A stretch of DNA of 64,000 nucleotides, taken from positions 1 to 64,000 of the forward strand of contig NIVC01000471.1 of the NCBI GenBank assembly GCA_002269645.1. Direction: 5' to 3'. Positions 44,032-55,111 of this stretch are shown here, piece after piece (the first letter of the stretch is position 1; the number at the start of each line of letters is the position of its first letter). The notes under the pieces are model-generated. The model was not told where the DNA came from. It worked only from the letters and a program-made list of their open reading frames with translations, and made no database searches. The position numbers were made by a program, and so were the translations under genes. Source of the DNA: Macrostomum lignano (lineage: Eukaryota).

Positions 44032-47000
44032 TCACACATCCCGTGAGCGCAGATGATATCGCACAGCTGGAATAGGTTCTAGTCCGTGCTGATCACGAGT
44101 GTCAGGCTCATCCACGACGTCAGTCTGAGTAGCGTGATGCTGTGCCAGTGGCGGGTGGTGGTCGAAGTGAGTCTGTGGTATCGATGATGTGAAGTTCGGC
44201 AGATTGAGTTCCTCTTGTGGTTGAAAAGGGGAACGTTTTAGCTTGGAGGCATGGACTACGAATGGTGGCTCTGTCAGCTTATTAATATCCTGGATTAGCG
44301 CATTCTGTGGGCTCAGCCATTTTAGAATTCGCATCGGTCCTCGGAACGGATTAGAGAACTTTGTCGGCTTAGTAGCAGATATGTCTAAGTAACAGCGGGA
44401 GCCTATGGTGAGCTTTTGAGCATTAGGGGCTTTTTCTTCGTTCTGTTTCTGGGCCCGTTGATCGGCTGTAGAGTGTAGGTGATGGAGAGCAATTTCTCTG
44501 GCCAATGTGATCGCTGAGCAGGTCAAGCTGATTGGTTGGATTTCCTCGGTGTAGATCGATATTTGATTTTCGAGGATTCTTGTGCTGGGTGCCAGGAAGT
44601 CACGGGCGTAGAACAGGTAGAATGGCGATTCCTTCATGGCAGTGTGGGCTGCGGTGTTCAACGCAAGAGTCACTGCTGGCAAATATTCGATCCAGTGATC
44701 GGGCTTGTCGTGCACAAAGGTAGTTAGTGTCTGTTTGAGGTTTCGGTGGGCACGTTCTACGAAATTGCTGGATGGTTGATAGACTGATGTGTAGATCAGT
44801 CGGATTCCCATTGTGTCCATGTACTCGCGGAACTCCTTGGAAATGAACTGTGGTCCATTATCAGAAATCAGACAGGCCGGAAGTCCGGCTATCGCGAAGA
44901 CATGTCGAAACAAATGGTTGCAAATAGTAGACGTGGTTGTATCAGCCAGTGGTATCGTGAACAGAAACTTGCTAACACCACACTGAGCTGTCAAGATGTA
45001 CTTGTACACATCTCGCATGTAATGAGCCGGTGGTAACGGTCCTACAAGATCAATAGCCAGGTGTGAGAAGACACTGCGGAATTTCATTGCTTTCTGTTCT
45101 GAACGCAGTCGAGGTCCTGATTTGGCTTTTTGACAAATCTCGCATTTGTTAACGAAGCTTGTCACGTCTGCGTGGCAATTGGGCCAATAGTAGAATTTGC
45201 TGAGTCGGGACAAGGTTTTCTGAAGACCAAGGTGTCCTCCAAATGGAGAGGAATGGCATTCCTGAAGGAGAGCGTCTCTGTAGGCGGTTGGGATCACCAG
45301 ACGTGGTGTCGACGAGTTAGGACTACGAGAGTCACCTTCCAATGGATCGTAGTAGAGTGTGTCGTTGGTGTAGTAGAAGTGGTGTAGATGTTTCGTCAGA
45401 TGTTTTTGTTCTGTTTTCGATAAGTTCTTGTACATGGATGTTAGTACGTCGTCTTTTTGGTTCTGTAGAGTGGCTATCACTGTCGCACAGAATGGGTCTT
45501 GGTTTACTGCTTCGTGCAAGTTGTCAAAGGCTGGGATGGGATGTAAAGTATTCACACTAGGAATACGGGACAGGCAGTCGGCTACAGCGTTTGAGCGGCC
45601 TTTAATATAGTGGATCGAAAATTGGTAATCCTGTAGATGTAGAATCCACTTTTGCAGTCGTTTCGAGAGAGGCTGTTTGTCAGTGAACAGAGATTGCAAC
45701 GGTTGGTGATCCGTGAACACTGTAAATGGTAGGTGTGAGGCGTATAGGAAAACATGGAGCTTCCGAATCGCCCAATAGATGCATAGGCTTCTCTCTCAAT
45801 GGCAGGATAACGTTGTTCCGTCGGAGTCAAAGTTTTAGAGATGTAAGCGACGGGTTGCAGATGTCCACGCGAATCGTGTTGAGAGAGGACTGCACCAAGA
45901 GAGTAGTCAGAGGCATCCGTATGAAGCACGTAGGGCTTTCGAGGATCAGGATGTACTAGTATAATATCAGTTGACAGAATCTTTCGGATGTTGTCAAAGG
46001 CCGTCTGTGTGATAGTAGTCCATTTCAAACTTTTTGTAGCCAGAGCGTCTTTGAGAGCACGAAGCAATGGTGTCACAATCGTAGAGTATCCTTGTACATG
46101 CGAGCGATAAAAGTTGGCAAGTCCGAGGAAGGACTGCAGTTGCTTAGGTGTCTTAGGTTCCGGGAAGTTCTTAATTTTTTCGACAAGCGCTGGTGCCGGT
46201 CGGATTCCATGTTCGGACACTTGAAAGCCTAGATACTGTACTTCGTTCTTTGCAAAGGTGCATTTTCTAAGCGAGATACGAAGACCGTGATGGCGGAGTT
46301 TCGCCAAGAAATGTCTGAGTTCACCCAGCATGCCATTAAAGTCCTTTGCGATTAGGAGTACATCGTCCAGGTAGGCGATAAGATTAGGTGAATCTGCTGT
46401 GAGTAGAGCGACTAGACGACACATCAGACTGGGAGATGCGGCCAGACCCTGTGGCAAGCGATTAAACTGAAAAAGGAGGCCATTAGGTGCGATGAAGGCG
46501 GTATATTTGGCGCTGTCTGGGTCTAGTCGGACTTGGTAAAACGCGTCGGCAAGGTCGCACAACGAATAAAGTTTGGCGTCGCGTAGGCGGTTAGGAGGTC
46601 CGGTATACGTGGCGGGCGTATGCTTGGTGTTGTTAGAATTCGGTTGAGACGGCGAAAGTCAACGACAAGACGCAATTGGCGGCGTCCTTGTTCATCAAGT
46701 GTCTTCTTTTCGACCAGTAGACATGGGCTTGAGTATTCCGACTCGCTAGGGCTGAGTATTCCTTTGTGGATGAAATTCTCGATCAGTTGGTCAAAACGCT
46801 CTTGAAGACCATGTGCAATCGGAAAAGGTCGCGATGTAATTGGATGCGTATGTGGTTGAACGTTAATTGTGGCGGTATATTGAGTAGTGCATCCCATATC
46901 CGTAGGTAACAGAGCCAGCGTATCTCGGTACTCTAAAAGTAGGTCGCACAGTCTCGTAGCTTGTTCGGGTGTCAGATGCGAATTGTTAGGCCGTGTTTGT

Positions 47001-50000
47001 TGTTCAATTAGCTGGCGGTCGGTCTCAGGTCGTGCGTGCGAGGTAGAGATGGTATTGACTGTTGCTGTAGGTTTTGAAGTAACAGGTGTATATTCCGCGG
47101 GATCGGACAGACTGCCTAATCGTGTTTGAGCATAGAGTGTTACTGGCTGTAGTGAAGGGTTAGCGATCTGTATGAGGATCGAATTACCCGTTTCATCTGT
47201 AAGCGTCAAGCAGCTTGCGATTAAGAGCTTATAGCGTTGAATAGTATGATCCTTTGGTATGAATAGGACAGGCTGGCGCTTTGGATAGGTCGTGTCGATA
47301 TTCGCCTGTATCCAGGTGGTAGATTGAGCGGGTATGTGAGTCTGCTTTGGCAAGTAGACTTCAGCGACCTCAGTTGCTGTGTAAGTATTCAATATGGGAA
47401 ACGAAGTGCCATCGATTTGTGCTTCTGACTTGGCGTAGTCAATGGACAGTGGTATGCCAAGGGATTTAAAGGTTTCGACACCGAGAATTAGATCATAATC
47501 GGGTGGCATAGCCTCCAATATGTAAGCTGTGATTTTCCGATTTGATGATCCGATGATCATACTAAATTTAGCCTGTTTAGTTACGTTAAGAAGTTGTCCT
47601 CCTGCACATTGAACGCGTATTTTACAGGGTAAAATGTCAGCCTGTAGTTTCTGTGCGAAGGTAGGTGAAACGCAAGAGATAGAGGCGCCACTATCAATCA
47701 GCGCGGTGCACTTGCATTTGGTCATTCTTGGGCTTGTGCACCAGAGCGTGATGAGGGTTCGCATCGTAAGATGTTTCAAGACGGTGTTGTAGGCAACCGG
47801 CCAGTGTTGAAGTGTCGGGTAGAGTCTTGAATCTGTCCGTGAAGAAGTAGACGGTATAGCTGGCTGTCGTTCTTCGAGTTCCATAGGTGGAGCTGATGGG
47901 GCTGTCGCCTTTGTGTTTCTCCTAGAGGGCGAAGTAAGTACTAATGGTACTAACGACACGTGGTCGGAGGTAGTAGGAAGTCGCTGTGGGCTCCGGTTTT
48001 GTTGCGGTGATGGGTCGGTCGTTCGCATTACCATAAGGCGGTGTGTTCGACCATAAGTTAGTGTGTTGGCAACGCAGATTCGACCAATGTTGCAAAGGAA
48101 AATTAGTAGTGCAGCGTAGACAATTACAGCAGAACTGAACAGAAACTTCTCCATATGATTCTGTTGGAATCTTTCCCAACTGAAGAAGGTAGATGTCCAA
48201 AGATTCTGGTAAGCTTCCAAGGCGTTTAGGCCAAACTGCTTGAATTCATCCTTGTGGAGACGTCCAGTAGCGTTGTTTAGTTTAAAGACAGTGATTAGAA
48301 AATCACGTGTTTGGATGAAACTTTCCATCATGTCAGTTATTGTTACTGGTGATCGTAAAGCGCTGTAGTTGACGTCTCCAAGTGGCGTGAAGATACTCTG
48401 TCTAATGTCGGAGTATAAGGACTGTAGGAGGTAGGTTTCGTCGGATCTATTTTGTGCTTCTATCGGACTAAAGGAGCTGAAGTTGGCTGTGGCTTTGTAG
48501 ATGAATTCACCCTTTGGAAGATAGTAGTCTCGTAGGTAACGGCAGGATATTAGTGGTGGTCTTGCTGTTGAGATGATCGATGTCGTTGTATCGAGGAATC
48601 CGAGAACAGACTTATTGTGGAGTTGAAATTGTATCGGTGGTCTTGTGTAGCATTCGTCTCGTGAGTATCGCGGTTGAACGAACTGGAACTGACTTAGTGG
48701 CTTACATTGGTGAACAAAGATGTAGCCAGCGATGGAGTGCGCATAAATGAATTTGTCAGCGAATAATTGACGCGCAGCTAGTGTCGGATTGGTATAGTAT
48801 AGGTTGCGACTATAGCGAAGATTCAAAGCGTACATCTTGCACTGCGTAGTCGTCAGTTGAGTGTGTAGTTTCTTGAGATCGAGTAGAGTCTTCGATTGAA
48901 GTCCTTGTAGTTGACTGGAGAGAAGCTGTGCCGAAACGAGGTTTTCTGATAGCTTGAGTTCAGCGTTGGTGATGTTGACTGTTTTGTCTGGAGGTGGAAT
49001 CGCGCGACGGATTCTGTCCTGATGTTCCAGCATTGGTGGTTGGTCGCGGTGTAGGTATGGTATATTAAGAGGATCAGGTTCCAGTATGGTAGTAGGTGTT
49101 GTAGACATAGGTCCAGGAGTTAGTTGTTCGGTGGTAATACCGGTAGATGTCGTCGTTTTCGTAGTTAGCGGACTATACGACGTAACTGTAGTTGTGGCTA
49201 CTGTCGTTGGTAGAGTTGTAGACTTAAGTTGAAGAGATGTAGTGTGTTGAGGTTTTCTAAGCGACATCGTTGTTGTGGGTGTTTGAACTGTACTAGTCGC
49301 TATTGTCGTAGTTGGTGGAGTTGTAATTTCCAGATTTAGAGGTGTGGTAGTAGATTTTTTAATTGTAGAGGTAGTGACAGTAGGCTCGGATGTAGGTGAA
49401 GCTGTATCAAGCGTCTGCTGTGAGGGTAGAGACGTAATAGTTGGAGCTTGAACTGTCGTCGGAATCGGTGTGGTTGACGGTTGTTCTGTGGTAGCCAATA
49501 AGTCAGGTAGTGAACGGCTCTGTCGAGAAGATGAGCTGCTGTCAGCTGTTAAAGCATCCGCGGCTTTGACAGAGCGTGTTGTGTTGCTCGTGGTGTCATC
49601 AGCTGTAGATTGCACAATCGCGATTGACTTTAAGAAGTCTTCTTCTCTGTTGTCGAGCACTTCAACGTACAGTTCTTGTTCGGAAACATATAGTCGTTTC
49701 GTTCCAATTGAGCAGGTAAGGCGGAAGGGTTGAAGCGGCAATTTAAAGGTCAAAGCCAATGTCTGTTCTTCGTTAATGAAGAATCCCGAGTGTATGTTAC
49801 CTCGAATTTGTCGGAATGGCGTGAGTATACAGTCCGAACGGCTTGTTGTTTTCCACGTAAGTGTCAGTTTTCGTTGGCCAGTAACGGTCAGTTGTTGTGT
49901 CGCCGGTGGGTCGAGAGTGTCCCATGCGTTTTGAAGGAGAGTTGTCGGTAGGTTATAGCGTTTCATGTTGTCAAAGGTTGTCTCAATAATGCAGCCTTGA

Positions 50001-52587
50001 GATGAATAGCTACAGTGTGCCATGGAGAAGGCTAACGATTCCATTGGTTTGCTAGGAGAGGCGAAAGCTATTATCCCTTGTATGAGTGTTGAAACTATTT
50101 GAGTTCGTGCCTTGCGATGGTAACAGTCTTCGAGGAAGGAGGTTCCTGTATTGGAGCGAGAGATTTTGTAGTTTCCAGTGGTGGCAACCAGTTGAAGCTG
50201 ACCATCAGGTGAGTTATATGATTCGGTCCAATGTTGGCAATCTTGTGCGGCGACTGTAAGTGGGCGTAAGGTTACGTACGCATCACGGAGAGAGCGCAGA
50301 ACCTGGCTCATTGGGAGGCAATTAACCGAGATTTCCTCACGGAAGCATAAGCTGACTGGTGTTCTGGTTTGCTCCAGGTTAGTAGAGTAGAGCTGTAAGT
50401 GCACTGGTGTCGTAACGTCCTGTGACGACGTGAACTGTTCGCATCTGATCTGCTGAGGAATCTTGAAGATGCGCACGGGTCCATCTAATGGACAGAGCAT
50501 TGGTGTGTCCACGTAGAGTGGATGTTGCTTAGGATTCGATGGCAGTGGTGTTGTCTGCACCGTCGGGAATAGCGATAGCCAGATGAGTGTCACGAGAAGC
50601 GTCGTTAGACCAGTTAGTCGACGTCCTTTCTGCTGAGACAGTGGTCTTTTTACGTGTACCTGCTGTCGCTGGGCACGTAGCATATCTTTTCTTAGCTTTG
50701 GTTGAGCGGCTGATAGCGTAGTGTACGGTTGAACGTGGATGACTGACAGTGTAGATGGACTGTCGCGGATTAATTTCTTAAACTGCCTGGTCGAGCCATG
50801 GAACTTGTACTCAATTGGTCTGTCCAAAGCATAGGTTGGAGTAGCCGTTGATTTTGCCACAGGAACCTCAGTGAGACGCTGTGGAGCACTGGGTGTGCTG
50901 TTCGGTGGCACAATTTGTTGAGGCGAGTCCATAGTCGGCAGTTGTGGCATGGGGTCGTTCGAGACAACCTGAATTGAGTTTACACCGGCTGCAGGAGGGC
51001 GCGGTGACGGTGTTCTGGAACGTCCGTGGTTTGGTGAATCAGAGTGGCGTTCCCGTTGATATCGTTGAGTGGGGTTGCGCTGAAATTGTACGCGCCGGCC
51101 TAGATTATACCGCTGTGGGTTATTGTTTGTTGTTCTCCCCTGTTTAATATCGTGTAGGGTACGACATTCTTCGGTATCATGGGTGTCCGAGTTGTGAAAG
51201 TGGCAGTATTTGGCTGGAGAGCCTGTGTCTCGGCTGCGAGGATCATCGGAGCCTCGTCTGTACCGGTCTTGAATCGGTTGATTGCGTGTCCACTTAGAGT
51301 CAGCCTGTCTTGGTTGTCTAGCATTGGCAGTTTGTTGGCGTGCATTTCGAGGATCCTGGTAGCATCGATCTGTTGTGTGTCCAATCCTGTGGCAGAATTT
51401 GCACGTTGGTGGTTCTCTAGTATTGCTAGCGCCTTGAATAGCCGCTACTATTGGCTTGGGCTTGATGGTTCCACATTCTAAGGCAGCAAGGCGTTTTTCT
51501 ATATCGGCCGGAACGTTGTTTGGGGCCGTTAATTGTGAAGACTGCTGTATTTGTTCAAGGCGAATGGCCTGGTTGAGCAGCTGTTGTTCGGTATTCAGCG
51601 GGTTTCGCAGTAGTTCAACGCGAAGGTGAGGTAGAGCGCCACTTAGTATATGGCCGATCAATGTTTTGTTAAACATTTCATTTCGTTGGTCAATGACCGC
51701 TTGGTTAGCCGGTGCATTTTCGCCATCCACGGGTGGTAGTGGCGAGACTTCTGGGTATATGGCACGAAGTTTGCGGCGAATGTCCGTGTAGTACTGGATG
51801 AATGGCTCACCCGGGAGTTGTCGGCGGTTGGCGATGTGATGTAGTGCCGAAGTGGATCCGAGAGTGAGTACCGCTATTCTGTCGGACAGAGACCGAACTA
51901 ATTGGGTGTAGTCATTTTGTGTCTCGGCGGGTAGAGCGGCATATTCGATCTTTAGGAGATCGTTGAGGAGCCGAGGAAAGATGCGAAGCTTTGAGTTTTC
52001 ATCTAGATTAAAAGTTCTCGCTGATAGATCATACTCCATGATGAAAGAGGCAAAATCATGAAGTTGATCTATCTCCTTGAGACCTTCGCGGATCTCGTTG
52101 ATGGTACTAGCTGGGATTGCAGCGTGTGGTCTTTGTTGATCTCGCACAGCATTGATAAATTGTTGCATTAGTGCTTCTGCCATTGTAACGTTGCTCTCAG
52201 TTTCCTGGATATTGGCGTTATTTTGATTCAAATGATCAGGTTGCAGAAGTGGCTGTGGAGGATGTTGTTCTTGTTGCTGCTCGTACAACTCAGAAGGTTG
52301 TTCTTCGTCTCTGGTGCCGATGGCAGTGTTTTCTTGATGGGGCCAGGTAGATGGCAAAATGTAGCTGGGGTAGCTGTTTGTGTTAGTTGCTGTTGGGTGT
52401 CGTCAGTATGGTGTCCTCCAATGCCAGTAGAATGTCCACCAATACCAGTAGAATGTCCACAAAAGCCAGTAGAATCACCAGAAATATCAATAGGATTTTC
52501 AGCGACACTGGCAGAATTTGGTGTGGATATTGCAGGCGGCTCTTGTTGTTGTTGTTGTCCGAGTTGGGTACCAGAACGCAATTTCAT
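44032..52587 (-). CDS. G2 single polyprotein Gag-Env-PR-RT-RNaseH-INT (about 2850 aa; three apparent 1-nt deletions near 52360, 46590, 45780)
   Basis: MKLRSG start at 52587. Gag CA-like region; CCHC CKFCHRIGHTTDRC and CHFHNSDTHDTEEC; PR LIDSGAS; RT YLDD; RH TDAS; INT H-H-C-C, IDLVG, SDNGPQF, ERAHRNLK. A 1944-aa ORF spans Gag through the start of RT without a break. Confidence 0.9.
48060..50620 (-). other. gB-like (class III) envelope glycoprotein domain inside the G2 polyprotein
   Basis: Internal signal-like helix LTGLTTLLVTLIWLSLFPTVQT; Cys-rich ectodomain; Thr-rich mucin-like block; RIRR furin-like site; QLQ...QC...NPTLAARQL...A...G.IFVHQC...ECYTRPPIQF...GFL; C-terminal TM FLFSSAVIVYAALLIFLC. 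Confidence 0.72.
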
Positions 52588-54520
52588 GCAATGATCTGTG
52601 GAATGGGTTTACTTCGAGTGGTCTTGCAATTAAGAGTTGAAAATATAATCCGCAATTTTGTAACAATAAAGATTTGAAATAGCGTGAAGCAATAGCATCT
52701 GAGCGTGATTTGCGGTCATCTATCCAGGGTCAGTTTTTTGTTTTATATAAGCAAATTTTCAATATGTAGAGCTTCGGTAGCTGTAGTATCATTTATCAAA
52801 AGTGTGAGTTTAGAGCAATTTTGAGCAAGTGTTGAACAGTTGTATAAAGTAGAACTGAGTAGAGTCGGCTGATGCGCCTGTACTAATTATAATATAGCTC
52901 AGCGGTGGAGCAGTTAAAATATTTCATAGAAGCAGCAATAAAAGCTGAGCCTCATCCTTGGATTGAGTTTGATTAGAATTTGAACAGATTTTGGTAGAAG
53001 ATTCAGCGGAGGCGGCAATTTGCGCGTTAATGCCTTTGAGATCGAACGGATTGGGTTGAAAACTCAGCTGGTGAGTTGTGGTTAAGATGCCAGCGGATGT
53101 GGCGATGCGTGTTGAGTACGCGATTTGAATTTGTTGTAAAAGGAACGAAAGAGACTCTGCAGAAGTCTGTGGAAGCAAGGCAGAGGCGTATGAGTGGCGT
53201 GCCAAAACTTCAAACTTGGAACACGATGAGCATGAACCAAGCACCAGTCCTGGGTTTAAGTGTGTAATTGACAAATAGATTCGGCCGACTAAAATAGAAT
53301 TATAATTACCTGAAGGCAGGTGTAGAGGTCCTGTGTATAGGACAATTGCCGCGGGCTTATCGCTGCTAATCATGAAGAAATGATGTGGCTGCTTGAAATT
53401 GAGAAACAAGGAATAGGGAATAGGAGAGGGTGGGTAGCAATCACAGCGTAATTTTTATTTTGTTTTGAGAAATTTTGAACGACTGCGAAGGCTAAAGGGC
53501 TGGTGTATGGGTAGACGAGGGTGGTAGGTTGTACTTTGCGGAGAAGGAAAGCGGATTGTAGTATAAATAAGAGCTTGGGACGGAAATTATTCCCATTAGA
53601 GAACAATGGGGGTTTCTGATGGGAAAGCCCAAGGAGGGGAAGCAGCCATTGAAAAAAAAATGAATTCCCTGGGGTAAGAGAAGATTGAGAGTACTGAGAG
53701 TGTCGCACCGGTGTGACAGAATCATTCTCCCTCACTTTCTATCCCTGGGGATGAGAATTGCAGCGGAGAGAAGAGCTGGAGCGGATCACAGCTGAATTGT
53801 GGTAGGGCGTTGAGCCAACTGAGTGAGGCGCGGAGCCGATAGGGCGTTTTAGCCAACTGAGTGAGGCGAACTGAGGCCAGTTGAGGCTGGTTTGTGAACT
53901 GATGCAGACCGGAATGGAACTAGAATTTCCAGAAGACGAAAAACGATGCAGATCTGCTGTGAACCAGCCGGAGTAAAGGCGGAATTCTCCGGACGAGAAC
54001 TGGTTTTGCGAGGCTAAAAATAGAAAAAGGATTGAGACAATGCTGGTTGCCTGGTTGGGATTTGTCGCCCAGGCAGGATATTTATAGAACAGAGTGAGAT
54101 TGTGGAGAAAGAGCAAGGTGAACTTGACGTTCTTTGAGGTGAGGCGAGCAAAGTACTCGGAGAAAGTATATCAGAAGGGCGTAAATAGTGGGAATGGGTG
54201 GATTCCCATCGGAACCGGTTTGAGGACTGGTTCGCTGCTGGTTCTCCGAAGCGGGAGAGCGATTAGAGGTTGTAAATTTAAGAACATTAAATAACACTAA
54301 TCTTTTCTACGATTCTACAGCTTGGGAGATTCATACACGTAGTATTTTTGTAGTTTTGCAAATTGTATTGGTTTTTATATTTTGTAATTTTTTTTAATTT
54401 TTATATTTTTTACTGACCCTTTCTAAGATGCCATCACTAGCTCATAGCCAGCTCCACGGAGGTGTTCACCCCAGCATATTAAAGCCGGGCATGTTGAAGG
54501 AAATTACGGAGAGAAACAAG

Positions 54521-54532
54521 GTCGGGGAGCCA
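54521..54532 (-). promoter_or_regulatory. G2 primer-binding site, probably tRNA-Asp
   Basis: TGGCTCCCCGAC lies 1 nt after the 5' LTR. It is complementary to the 3' end (…GTCGGGGAGCCA) of invertebrate tRNA-Asp(GTC), as recalled. Confidence 0.7.
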
Positions 54533-54533
54533 G

Positions 54534-55111
54534 TCAAATGTTTTAGAATAATGTGTTGCGGGGGTGTGCCCCTCTGACGATGACTATGATCGTTGATGTT
54601 GCTGTTGAATCAAATAAGTCGGAGGTTCGATTTGTTTCTCTCGATCTCTAACCTTCAACAAGATGTTTATTACTAATCAATGTTAGTAGCAATTCCTAAT
54701 AGGATATTGATCACGCAATTACGCAAATTTGTTAAGCAATTCAGTGAAAATGGAGCCACAGGCTACTTATCGATATTGTTGCACGAATTGACGTTTGTCC
54801 GGATTTATCTCTGTTAAATCGGGATATTAGAGTTCAGGCCCGATTGTTGGGGCAAGCTAGCGGAGCAGTTGAGGAGGCAAAGAGGCGGAGAGCCGAGAAC
54901 CGGGAAAAAACTGGAGAGAGGCTTCATTCTCACTGAACGCTAGTATATATATGATTTCTATAACGCATTTCATTGGTGTTCGCTTCACGCAATAGGATCT
55001 TTACTGGTGCACAAGCATGTGCTGTACTTTCCTGATAGAAAAACCTTCTGAAGTTCGCATTAGATTAAAAAATAACATTGGGCATAACATGCTTAAATTA
55101 AGATCACTTCA
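54534..55111 (-). repeat. G2 5' LTR
   Basis: Direct repeat of 41747-42324; followed by the PBS. Confidence 0.95.

Larger units (their letters stand above)
41747..55111 (-). mobile_element. Young full-length Ty3/Gypsy element G2 (13.4 kb) with in-frame gB-like env
   Basis: Two 578-bp LTRs identical by eye, 4-bp TSD CTGC (41743-41746, 55112-55115), a PBS, and PR-RT-RH-INT domain order. Confidence 0.95.

Noticed and set aside
45770-46600. Programmed ribosomal frameshifts in G2 pol
   Set aside because: The shifts fall inside RT and RNase H, with no slippery heptamer seen; they are better explained as 1-nt consensus deletions.
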